Positions 24,305-35,659 of a stretch of DNA of 64,000 nt are shown in pieces. The stretch covers positions 78,244,001 to 78,308,000 of the forward strand of contig OX597827.1 of assembly GCA_951406725.2 (NCBI GenBank). The letters are read 5' to 3'. The position numbers were made by a program, and so were the translations under genes. Positions within the stretch are counted from its first letter, which is position 1. Every line of letters starts with the position of its first letter. The stretch comes from Octopus vulgaris (taxonomy: Eukaryota). The notes under the pieces are model-generated. The model ran no database searches, had not been told where the DNA came from, and saw only the letters and a program-made list of their open reading frames with translations.

Positions 24305-24587
24305 GGTTTCACGGTCGAGGGATCGCAGGTTCGAATCTCAGACCGGGCGATGTGTGTGTTTATGAGTGAAACACCTAAGCTCCACGTGGCGCCGACAGAA
24401 GGTAATGGTGAACTTCTGCTAACTCATTCGCCACAACTTTCTCTCACTCTTTCCTCCTGCATCTTGCAGCTCACCTGCGACAGACCAGCGTCCCGTCCAG
24501 GTGGGGAAACTATATGCCAAGGAAACCGGGAAACCAGCCCTTATGAGCCAGGCAGGGCTCGAGAAGGAACAAACAACAACAACAACA
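22961..24587 (+). mobile_element. tRNA-derived SINE family D1 with amplified head
   Basis: B box GGTTCGAATCT near 24328; V-domain-like CCTGCGACAGACCAGCGTCCCGTCCAGG; (AAC)n tail; imperfect duplication AGAGACTACACA / AGGGGCTACACA. Confidence 0.92.
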
Positions 24588-24624
24588 GGGGCTACACAAT
24601 CCAATTTGTCTTCTTTTATATATA

Positions 24625-24772
24625 ACACTGTAGGGATTACGGTGATGCACTTGCATAGCAAGTGACCTGATCTGAGATCGTGTGCCGGAACGAAAACAAT
24701 TGCAGCGTGGAAGGTGTTTATAAGGCATTTAAGAAACACACAAAAACCGTTACATTCAGTATTTATGCTTTT
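24625..24772. mobile_element. Probable DNA-transposon (mariner-like) end fragment
   Basis: Recognised as a repeat-like segment only; no second copy or paired terminus in the window. Confidence 0.35.
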
Positions 24773-25013
24773 TCGCAATAAATACGACGCTTAATTATTT
24801 TTTTATTATTTACTTTCACAAAAGGTAGAGCATTTGACTAAATGCCTTTCGGTATTTAATTACGATGCCTCCTTTCAGAACTTAAATCTCGTTGGAATCA
24901 ATTGCACCCTTCATTCGAACGATGAAGAATAAATTAAAGTACAAGTCAACTGTTGGAGTTGATTTCCATTCTTATTAGACATTAAGAAGTCTTTTAAAAT
25001 AATTTAAGTATTA

Positions 25014-25160
25014 AGTCACTTAGCGGTTCGGCAAAAGTGACCGAAAGATAAGTACTGGGGCTTACAAAGAATAAGTCCCGGGGTCGATTTGCTCGACTAA
25101 AGGCGGTGCTCCAGCATGGCCGCAGTCAAATGACTGAAACAAGTAAAAGAGAAAGAGAAA
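25014..25160 (+). mobile_element. SINE family A 3' fragment
   Basis: Near-identical to 26206-26355. Confidence 0.93.
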
Positions 25161-25169
25161 ATTTACTTC

Positions 25170-25246
25170 CTACATGGATATATTTAACAGAAGGGAAAAT
25201 TTCCCCTCGACACCGCTAACTGCTGCATCGCTGTTATTCGGTATGT
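25170..25246 (+). promoter_or_regulatory. Candidate promoter and non-coding first exon for the 31576 gene
   Basis: TATATTTAA near 25179-25187, kB-like palindrome GGGAAAATTTCCCC 25193-25206, CpG-containing short segment, donor TCG|GTATGT at 25240/25241 followed by T-rich sequence. Confidence 0.5.
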
Positions 25247-25944
25247 TTCTGTGTTTTTATATTTCTTTAAAATGTTTTGTTTTTCTGTCTTGCGATTGTC
25301 AAAAAAATTTAAAAAGAAAATGTAAATATTTCAGAAATGTTTCTTCTCAAATCATTTTTGTTATCAAACATGAATTTGTTTAAGTTTTTTGTTTACAAAA
25401 CGACGTTTCAATATTCAGCTCTTTTGCTTTCACTATTGAAAATGTCGATTTTGACATCTCTGTTTAATATTTGAAATTATGTTTCAATATTTTGTTTTAT
25501 TTATAACGCTGTTTCCGAACTTAACGACTCTTGTGTATTTAGACGAATTTATGTAGCGAAAGTTTCCCTTTTTTTCTTAAATTAATGCATTTTCTGTAGT
25601 CCGTTATTTTAAAATTTAAAATTCTGTTAACACTTGATGTTTTTATAGGAATATGTGAGTTCGTATCACAGTGACAGCAGTCTTACTATCTCCACTCTTA
25701 GTCGCCTCCGCTACTATAATGGCCTCAGTTTTTTTTTTGGGGGGTGGGGATCAACTCAAGCATGCATTCCTGTTATGCCCACCTCTTCTCTTTACATTAT
25801 AAATATTATTATTATATCAGCGGAGTTGCAGCCGTCAACTTGCAAATAGTGGGCCGTTAACCGTGTTGATTTCAGCTGGGTAAGTTTCTATATTAACATC
25901 CGCACGATTTTCAATAAGAAAAAAACCCAAAAAAACTCTCTTAT

Positions 25945-26362
25945 AGGAGTGGCTGTGTGGTAAGTAGCTTGCTAACCAACCACATGGTTCCGGGTTCAGT
26001 CCCACTGCGTGGTATCTTGGGCAAGTGTCTTCTGCTATAGCCCCTGGCCGACCAATGCCTTGTGAGTGGATTTGGTAGACGGAAACTGAAAGAAGCCCGT
26101 CGTATATATGCATATATATATATGTGTGTGTGTGCATATGTTTATGTGTCTGTGTTTGTCCCCCTAGCATTGCTTGACAACCTATGCTGGTGTGTTTACG
26201 TCCCCGTCACTTAGCGGTTCGGCAAAAGAGACCGATAGAATAAGTACTGGGCTTACAAAGAATAAGTCCCGGGGTCGATTTGCTCGACTAAAAAAAGGCG
26301 GTGCTCCAGCATGGCCGCAGTCAAATGGCTGAAACAAGTAAAAGAGTAAAAGAGAGAGAGAG
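25945..26362 (+). mobile_element. SINE family A, full length
   Basis: High identity to 22259-22680. Confidence 0.95.
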
Positions 26363-27485
26363 AGTTATTTTGGTTTGAAAAAAAAAGGAGGGAGGGTGCT
26401 CGCCCCCACCCTTTTCCAAACCAAAATAAGGGATTTGCAGCATATTAGGAGGCCAGGGTACTTGATACCACACAAAAAAATCCGATTTTTGGGGTTTTTT
26501 TTCCTTTTTCTTAGTGAAAATCGTGCAGGTGTTAATATAGAAATTTACCTTCAGCCATCCCAGGTCTGATAAGCTAATGGATGCAGCCCATTTCTCCAGA
26601 CCGATAAAGAAAATAGCCATCGATGCTTGAATGAAGCTGTTTATTTTTACTTTGTCAACAAACCACACCCTGTGTCATTTCATTTGGGGGTCAGGAGACT
26701 TGAGACAAAACAACTGCGTATGTATGTGTGTGTATACACACAGACACAAACACACTGCTTATTTTAGGTCTGTTTTTCCATGTTTAGATAAAGTACCTAA
26801 CTACGGTACTTTTCAGATGCTATGAGTACAGAACTTCATATTTCGACCCCACCCCACCCTTTTCTTTTCTCCCAGTTATTCCTCTCCCTTTTAAACACTT
26901 GCCTTTGACATACATCCTTCATTCCCAATATCATCCGTCCCCACTTTATTTTCTACTGGTTACCCTTTCTGTGCCACCATTTATCTCTTCCTTTCCCTTC
27001 ATCTACATCTTATGATTGCCATATCTTATTCTTAATACCCTTTCATATCTGCCACTTATTGTCCCCCCCACCACCACCTTGGTTCATCTCTCACTATATC
27101 CATCCCTGTGCACCTCTGATGCTCTACATCTCACCCTCTCTCCCCACTCTGCTTTTACCTTCACCCTTACACACCATCTCCCTATATCTCATCTATCTGC
27201 AGTTTTATTCATTCACTGCTCTCCAGCCTTTCTCTGCTGCCCCCTAACACCCCCTCCTCTATCCTGAGCCACCTCTGTTTCTTATCAGCTTCATCCCAGA
27301 CTCTTATTTACCATCAACAACACCACTACCCTTCTTCTTTACTGCCACCTTTACCTTCATCTCCTACAAACCATCCCTGGAATGGCATCCAACGGTAGAA
27401 ACTTTGCCAAAGCAGGAACTGGAGCTTGCCACAGTTGCCCAGCTTGTTGGACCCAGGCAAACCATCCACATCATGCTAGCATGGA

Positions 27486-27672
27486 ATCATCATCATCATT
27501 GTTTAATGTCCGCCTTCCATGCTAGCATGGGTTGGACGATTTTGACTGAGGGCTGGCAAACCAGACGGCCGCACCAGGCTCCAATCTTGATGTGGCAGAG
27601 TTTCTACAGCTGGATGCCCTTCCTGACACCAACCACTCCGAGAGTGTAGTGGGTGCTTTTTACGTGCCACCG
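27486..27672 (-). mobile_element. Family C copy
   Basis: (CAT)n tail and CTGGATGCCCTTCC core. Confidence 0.92.
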
Positions 27673-27739
27673 GAATATAGATGTTAAATGATGATGATGA
27701 TGATGATATATATATATATGTTTGTGTATATGGCAAATG

Positions 27740-27885
27740 AAAGACGGAAGATGGAATATACGAGAGAATTTATTATTAATCATGACAATTATTTCAACAC
27801 AGCATTGATCCCTCACGGGTGAGACACTCATCATCTGGTTCAGGTGTATCCAGCGATGCAGATGTATCTTGTCAGGTGATAAATA
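27740..27885 (-). mobile_element. Penelope-type terminal-repeat remnant with decayed hammerhead
   Basis: Minus strand: TTATCAC-CTGACAA-GATACA...TGTGTT-GAAA-TAATT-GTC-ATGATTA then AATAAA (27774-27769). Confidence 0.55.
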
Positions 27886-28000
27886 GACACAACTCGTTAA
27901 AATAACAGTTCCACAATGTAACTTCTCATTTTGTAGAAAGAAAAGCAACCAGACAGAGGAAATATCTTTCATTTAGATAAAAGATCAAAAATAAAATCCC

Positions 28001-28385
28001 AGGAGTGGCTGTGTGGTAAGTAGCTTGCTAACCAACCACATGGTTCCGGGTTCAGTCCCACTGCGTGGCATCTCGGGCAAGTGTCTTCTGCTATAGCCTC
28101 GGGCCGACCAAAGTTTTGTGAGTGGATTTGGTAGACGGAAACTGAAAGAAGCCTGTCGTATATATGTATGTATATATATGTGTGTGTGTGTGTGTTCGTC
28201 CCCCTAGCATTGCTTGACAACCGATGCTGGTGTGTTTACGTCCCCGTCACTTAGCGGTTCGGCAAAAGAGACCGATAGAATAAGTACTGGGCTTACAAAG
28301 AATAAGTCCCGTGGTCGATTTGTTCGACTAAAGGCGGTGCTCCAGCATGGCCACAGTCAAATGACTGAAACAAGTAAAAAGAGAG
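28001..28385 (+). mobile_element. SINE family A, full length
   Basis: High identity to 25945-26362. Confidence 0.95.
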
Positions 28386-28854
28386 AATGGGAAACAGAGA
28401 AACAAACACACATACACATTGTATGTATGATGATATGCAAAGGGTCATGAAAAGATCCTTACTAGAAATATCATTAAGGGAACACATTCGAAATGAAATA
28501 AAGGACTAGAGTGAATTATGGGATCAAAGCACAAGCTCTGCTGGGCCGGACATGTTGCCAGGTTCACAGTCACAGGTGGACCCTTGCAGATGCCGAGTGG
28601 TATCTAACAGATTGGAAAGGGCCACTTGGAAGGCCTCCTCAGAAATGGGAAGACAATTTAGGTCAAGTGGGAAAAGAATGGTGCAACTAAGATGGAATTG
28701 GAAATGCATTATGACCAATGGTGTTTACAACATCTGATTGTCTGGTCAGTACCATGATATATGTAATATATCTATCCGTCCGTCCGTCCATCCATCCATC
28801 AAATTATCTATCTATCATTATATGTATGTTATATATATATATTATATACAGGGT

Positions 28855-29243
28855 CGTGCCAGCCTCGCCTGGCCTCTGTGCCGGTGGCACGTAAAAAACA
28901 CCATCCGAGCGTGGCCGTTTGCCAGCCTCGCCTGGCCTCTGTGCCAGTGGCACGTAAAAAACACCATCCGAGCGTGGCCGTTCGCCAGCCTCGCCTGGCC
29001 TCTGTGCCAGTGGCACGTAAAAAACACCATCCGAGTGTGGCCATTCGCCAGCCTCGTCTGGCCCCTGTGTCGGTGGCACATAAAAAGCACCCACTACACT
29101 CACGGAGTGGTTGGCGTTAGGAAGGGCATCCAGCTGTAGAAACACCACCAGATCTGACTGGCCTGGTGCAGCCTTCGGGCCTCCCAGACCCCAGTTGAAC
29201 CGTCCAACCCATGCTAGCATGGAAAGCGGACGTTAAACGATGA
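28855..29243 (+). mobile_element. Family C copy with four near-identical 63-bp 5' modules
   Basis: GCCAGCCTCGCCTGGCCTCTGTGCC(G/A)GTGGCACGTAAAAAACACCATCCGAGCGTGGCCGTT repeated, then core and GGACGTTAAACGATGA tail. Confidence 0.95.
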
Positions 29244-29914
29244 GGTGTGGAAGGAGGGAAGTAAACTACCATAACTCTATCTATAAATTGTGACCAAGAA
29301 ACTTAACTCTTTCATTTTAAAGAAATATTTACCAGAGACAGTGGCCAGTTGCATCCCTCTTTAAAATGTAAAAGTGGGCCTCAACTATCTTTCAAGCCTG
29401 TTCACTAATGAGGCGACAAGGGAATCCTGCTAGAAATAGCAGTCAGATCTCCTTCAAATAACACTGATGCTTTAAAATGAGGACACATTAGGTAATGGAA
29501 GTCCTAGTATTCTTTAAGAGATGAGGCAGTCAAGGCTGGATGGTCTCTTCACGTGAGTGTGCTCAATGAAGCTTGGCTTGGAGTTAAGTAACACAACCTT
29601 TACACAAGGAGCTACAACGGTCGAAGTGATGGAGTTATGTCCCCTGAAATCAAATCTTGACAAGTTATTTGTTGTTCACACCAACTGGAAACACCACGTC
29701 TAGATTTAGAGTCGGGTATAAACCGGGTGGAAGTCAGCAACATCAGCGAAATGGCTCCATGGCTTCTACTTAGGAAATAACGCAAAAGTCTTGAAATATA
29801 TTGTGTTTTAGATAATCCCTTGAATAAATATTTATTGCTTCCTAGATCTCTGTTGGCAATGGCAAGAGTATTTGTTGTACTTCATTCGGTTTTGGTTGAG
29901 AAGAAAGGAAGACC

Positions 29915-30262
29915 GCGGTTAAGAAGCTTGCTTCCCAACCATGTGGTCTCAGGTTCCATCCGACTGCATGGCACTTGGTGCGAGTGCCTTCTGCTATAGC
30001 CCTGAGCTGACCAAACCCTTATGAGTAGATCTGCTAGACAGAAACTGAAAGAATTCCATCATGTGTTTGTGTGTGTGTTTGTGTATGAAGGTACGTGGCT
30101 TGGTGGTTAGGGCATTTGGCTCACGATCGTAAGGTTGTGAGTTCAATTCCTGGTAACGCATTGTGTCCTTGAGCAAAACACTTTATTTTACGTTGCTCCA
30201 GTCCACTCAGCTGGCAAAAACCAGTAGTACCTGTATTTCAAAGGCCAGCCTTGTCTCACTCT
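29915..30262 (+). mobile_element. Family A 5' part followed by family F SINE
   Basis: 29915-30060 matches the A head; 30087 onward has A box TGGCTTGGTGG, B box GAGTTCAATTCC and CORE-like TGTGTCCTTGAGCAAAACACTT. Confidence 0.85.
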
Positions 30263-30299
30263 TGAATAACTTTGTATTGTCTGCTGATTAAAAATTTAT

Positions 30300-30350
<51 letters not shown>

Positions 30351-31575
30351 GCACTTTGTTTTAGTATCTGGTTTGCAAGATTCTTTATGTGAATTCCTGT
30401 GTTGAAACAAATTTTGTTGTGTCCAGGGATATTAACACACACACTGGTTCAGTTTCACTCCTTTAGTATTAGTCAGTTGGTTAAATATCCAACTAATTGA
30501 CAGTTTAATTTGGTTAAACAGTAAGTAGTTTGATTTGTCTTCGTTTGTTAATCAATTGGTTCGTTAGTTGTATATTTAACCAGTCGACTAATAACAAAGG
30601 AGTGGAATTGAACCAGTGCATATATATACACACACACACATATGTATTGACTTCTCCTATGAAGGAAAATGCACACACACTTTACATAGTTTTAATATAT
30701 TTTAAAATAAATTTTATATTGTGTTTGTTGACCAGTTTTGCTTTCACTAAGCAAAAGCGAAACCGGTTGACAAACACAATATGAAATTTATTAAAAAAAT
30801 ATATAAAATGTGTGCATTTTCTTTCTTTGATTTGTTATATATATATATATATATATATATACCCTTTATATTTCCAGGTAATTATTTTCTGCTGCCATAT
30901 GGTACTGCACCAAATTCACTACCAGTGCTTCCCTTTCTTGGAAAACTGTGAAGAATTAGAAACCATGTCATGCCACGGTGATTGTCTGGAAATCAAATTC
31001 AACCAAATCTTTTACTGAAATACCAGTCTTGTATAGTTTTAATTTCTGAAATGTGTTGAGAATAAATGTTGCAAGCAATTTCTCTACAGCTGAAGTTATC
31101 TAAGAACATACGTAGTAAATGAAACCAAAGTTTTTTAATATAACTAATGGAAGATATTTCTAATATTCTAAACAAAAAAGAGCATTGCTTTCCACTGCTA
31201 TATAATTACTGCAACTAGTACAAATAATAATATTAATTTTGGTGCACTTGGTACAATACCCTGACCGTTACCTAAAACACCGAAGCATACTAGAATTGGC
31301 TACACACATTGTCAATCTGCAAAAAAGTTTCATCCTGAGTGAATCTTAAGAAAGGCTTTTTAAGATGTGAGGAGACTTGTCGCCAACATTCAGAATCCCT
31401 GCTAATTAGTATGTAACAGCTTTTGAATAGTAATAAATTTGTATTTGATTTACCATTTGTGTTTTGAAAGTCAACTCGTACCTTTCTGCTGCCTGAAGGG
31501 AATTGTATCCCAACCCTGAGTTTATTTATTCCTGCCCCATTTGAAATATTTGATTCGTTGATTGTCAGATAAAGA

Positions 31576-32277
31576 ATGGAAGGTCCCGATACTCCTGAAG
31601 ACCCTACTAAAACTTATTTGTGTCAAGCTTGCAACTTAAATTTCAAAGACTTTCACGAATGGAAACTCCACCTGACTACTCATCCAGTCACCAAGTACGA
31701 ATGCAATTTCTGTTTTTCTTCTTATTCAAACAAAACGGATTTCTGGGAACATATCAAAACTCATACCAACTCTTCAACAGCCGTCAAATATTTTTGTTCG
31801 AAATATCCTCTGGAAATGAAAGAACAAACAGCAGAGGAAGAAAGTGAGCAAACTGGCCCCGAAAAAGGGGTTGTTGAAGCTGACACTGGTACAGAACCAT
31901 TAAAAACGAATTCTGTTTGTAATTTGGACGCTATGGCAGAACATTCCGTAATGTCTGTTGAAGAAGAAGAACCAGTCATGGCTACTGATGTTGATCAACT
32001 TGATGGTGGTAAAACTGATGAAGATAGTAAAGCTGATGATGAAGATGATGAAAATTTTGATGATGAAAGTCCTGATGATGAAAAAACCAATAATGATCCC
32101 CAATCTGCAGATGCCGCGGCAAAGCAGTGCAGATGTCAATTCTGTGACAAGTCTTTCCCTAGTGCCTTCTTGTTCAAAGTACATTTAAAGAAACACTGTT
32201 TGCCCTTAACCTATCTACAGGTAAAATGTCTCGGGGAGTCAGTGTCTCTAGGAATCCTTGTTGGTAAATCTGACTAA
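31576..32277 (+). CDS. C2H2 zinc-finger protein with dispersed fingers and acidic linker (233 aa if unspliced)
   Basis: CQAC..H..H, CNFC..H..H, D/E-rich tract, CQFC..H..H; acceptor TTGTCAG ending 31568; in-frame TAA just before the ATG. A strong phase-0 donor CAG|GTAAAA at 32220/32221 makes the C-terminus uncertain. Confidence 0.85.
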   Translation: MEGPDTPEDPTKTYLCQACNLNFKDFHEWKLHLTTHPVTKYECNFCFSSYSNKTDFWEHIKTHTNSSTAVKYFCSKYPLEMKEQTAEEESEQTGPEKGVVEADTGTEPLKTNSVCNLDAMAEHSVMSVEEEEPVMATDVDQLDGGKTDEDSKADDEDDENFDDESPDDEKTNNDPQSADAAAKQCRCQFCDKSFPSAFLFKVHLKKHCLPLTYLQVKCLGESVSLGILVGKSD

Positions 32278-32299
32278 TGCCAAAAGAATTATGGCAGAT

Positions 32300-32722
32300 A
32301 CAACTGTTGGGTAAATTTTATATATATGTTCTGCCAGCTGGTAGAATGGACACACACCACAAAAATAATACCTATTGCTAATTGCAGTAAAACCGACACA
32401 AATCTGTCTGTTGGTAGAAGAGGGCAATATAACAAATACAGCTACCTGTTGGTAGATAGGACAGTACAGCATATACAGATGCATCTACCAGTTGGTAGAA
32501 TGGAGTACATAATACCCAAATATTTCTCATTTCTGGCAGAAATAGCAAGACATCTGGCAAATGTTTCTACCAGTTGGTAGAAAGGACAGTACAGCAGATA
32601 CAAATGTCTCTACCGGTTGGTAGAAGGGACAGTACAGCAGATACAAATGTCTCTACTGGTTGGTAGAAAGGGCAGTACAGCAGATACCAACGTTTCTACC
32701 GGTTGGTAGAAAGGACAGTATA
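32300..32722 (+). repeat. 43-bp minisatellite with CTACC-N4-GGTAG hairpin per unit
   Basis: Units start at 32567, 32610, 32653 and 32696; more diverged units at 32331, 32404, 32442 and 32485. Confidence 0.9.
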
Positions 32723-32984
32723 ACCAACTGTAGCCATTCACAGTATTCCAACAAAGACTTTGCATTTGATCCCTATGGGATTAATAAGCACCAGTAATAA
32801 AGTCCTGTTGAGCAATTTATAGTCCAATGATCAATCATTGTATTTTATTGAACATCTCAGGATTGATTTTAAAAACATTTTTCGGGAACAATTTTCATTT
32901 TTTAAATAGTTTTCATTTCTTTTGCAATAAAATAAAATAAAATGAAATATTTTGTTTTCCCCCCTTGATTTTACTCTTAAGGAC

Positions 32985-34000
32985 TCTGTTGTTGTTATTT
33001 AGCTCTACGCCAGCGCTGATACACCAGACCTATGATCAAAGATGGTCCATCCATGACCACCCTGTCTAATTGTATATCTCAGATTTCATTAACCTTTCTG
33101 TTTTAAAGGAATTTATAATTTAAGGAAACTCTGACTGGTTCAGCAACCACATACAGGCCCTTTCCTTGTTGGTGTTGGGGGTATAGTGTTGTTGTTTGAC
33201 CCCAGCTCAGCTGTGATCAAGTAGACCTAACGTCATAGACATTCCAACCAGGACCACATTCTCTAATGTACCCTTTGCTAAGATGTGATTTAAAGAAATT
33301 TGGCTGCTATTTCTAACAGTTCCAGCAACAATGTTGATGTTCCCTTAATGGGTCTTGGTGGTATTAGCGTTGTTGTTTACAGCCCTAGGTCATCCCTGAT
33401 TGAGCAGAATTAGGATCAAATTACCCCATCTTATTTTCAAGAACAGAGTACCTTGGACTACTTATTTCAGTGTGTCCTTCCTTTTTTTCACGATGCCATT
33501 TAAGGGACTTCCTTGCAAATTGAGTCACTGCACCCAGGATTTCTCATTGCTTTGTTAACAACACTTGTTGTTTAGCCCCAGGTCATCCACAACTGAGCAG
33601 ACCTATGGTTAAAGATGTTCCAATCATGACCATCCCTTTTTTGTTTTGTTTTTGCCAGACACAGTGCATCTAGGACTACATTATCCAATATGTCCAACCG
33701 CATTGTGATGGTAGGTGATTTGAGGAGGTTTAGCTGTTGCTTCTTGCTGGTCAGGTAATGACCATGCCACTGATCCTTACAACACAAACCATTGATGGAA
33801 TGCCTGTATGTTGTCACACAATCTGTTAGAAATAGCAGCCAAATTTCCGTCCACTCGTACCTTGCTGTCTCAAAGAAGAAAGGACACATAAGATAATATA
33901 CTCTTAGATATACAATGCCTTGATAACAGACAGGATGAAATACCTTTGTCCCTGAGTTTGCTCAGTAAGTACTAACTCAGGGCTAAACAATATCAGCAAC
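32985..34000. mobile_element. Cluster of old SINE-like family E fragments in both orientations
   Basis: Recurrent TTGTTGTTTAGCCCCAGGTCA..CAGACCTATGATCAAAG..CCATGACCA and TTTGGCTGCTATTTCTA motifs; also at about 19930-20150, 29420-29600, 36100-36500, 38240-38630 and 58010-58210. Confidence 0.75.
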
Positions 34001-34087
34001 TGTTACTTTTTCTAATGAATATAGACAATACAAGGGAAGCTATTCAGCTATGAAATCTAAACATGGAAGAAGTTGGATTTATATTTC

Positions 34088-34171
<84 letters not shown>

Positions 34172-34882
34172 CTTGTCGTGTGATAGCACTCCTTAATTCC
34201 CTCCCAAACTTACCTCTCTCTCTCTTTCCAAAATACTACAGATTGGACAATGAATTTCCCAGACAAATTAATTCTGAAAGATGGGACAGTCATGGTTCGA
34301 TACCTGCAACCACAGGTCTACTTTATGAAGGATGAAAGCCGACCTGGAGTAAGTGGTGGTGGTAGTGGGTAACAAACTCATGTCAAGAAGTGCAAGGGAG
34401 AGAACTCCATACCTTACGTTAAAAAGTTGAACGGATTATTTCCAAGGTGAGTTTAGTGTTTGATGATTATGGTGACTCAGAGTGGATGTATGAAAGTGGG
34501 GGGTGGGGTGGGGTAAAACCATTAACATCCAATCAACTGTGGTACCTGTAAGATGCATCATCAGGGATGATTCTGGGGTCTTAGGAAGTTTTGGGTCATT
34601 CCACTGATTCCGCAATACATACATGCACATACGTACACACACACACACACACATGTTGATGTGCACATTTGAATATTAATACACATACATTAATCAAAAA
34701 CATACATTCATGCAGCAATTGCAACATTAGCATACACATGCATATAAACATACATCCATGTCTATATGCATACATATGTGCTTGCATATGTACATATATA
34801 CATGGGCGCTTGTGTGCACGTACAAATACACACGCACACCTGGCTTACCTGTAAACATATTGAATGCCATGTATACAATATA

Positions 34883-35240
34883 TGTGGAAGTGCAATGGCC
34901 CAGTGGTTAGGGCAACAGACTTGCAGTTTCAATTCCCAGACCGGGCGTTGTGAGTGTTTATTGAGCAAAAACACCTAAAGCTCCTCAAGGCTGCAGCAAG
35001 GGGTGGTGGTGAACCTGCTGTACTCTTTCACCACAACTTTCTCTCCCTCTTTCTTCCTCTTTCTGTTGTACCTGTATTTCAAAGGGCCAACCTTGTCACA
35101 CTGAATCTCCCTGAGAACTATGTGAAGGGTACACATGTCTGTGGAGTGCTCAGCCACTTGCACATCAATTTCATGAGCATGATGTTCTGTTGATCAGATG
35201 AATTGGAACCCCTGTCGTCATAACCGATGGAAAGCCACGA
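34883..35240 (+). mobile_element. tRNA-derived SINE family D2 (older copy)
   Basis: Matches 47968-48352. Confidence 0.9.
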
Positions 35241-35659
35241 TACAACATATGTATATACACCACTTTACAAATGTGCCACGTATATTGTATACAGGTTTTC
35301 TCTTTGAAAAATGAACTGCATACAACTGAAATACGAATTTGAAAAAATCCACACATGGCACACAGGACCGATGCACATTTTTCTCCTTGGCACTCAATGC
35401 GTTAAGGTTGTCTAAGTTCCAATTGCAGAACCTGATTCTGGTATGGAAAACAAGTTTTTTTCTTCTTTTCATCATCTTCTATTGTAGCAACCATGTCAGC
35501 ATGAATGTCCTTGGGGGCTAAACCCTTTTTCTGAAGGTACTTGATAACACCATGTTGACTAATTTTGTCCATTTTCAAGAGAAGTCACTACTAGTTACTT
35601 TTGAAGAGATCTTTGGACAGTCAGATGTCAATTAGTTGGAAAGCAACAATGCAGTTATT

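Noticed and set aside
28738-29220. Repetitive ORFs on both strands
   Set aside because: The 63-bp module is a multiple of three, which keeps frames open by chance; they lie wholly in family C. Same for 56190-56525.
32300-32722. CRISPR-like repeat-spacer pattern
   Set aside because: Spacers are homologous to each other, so this is a minisatellite in a eukaryotic gene context.
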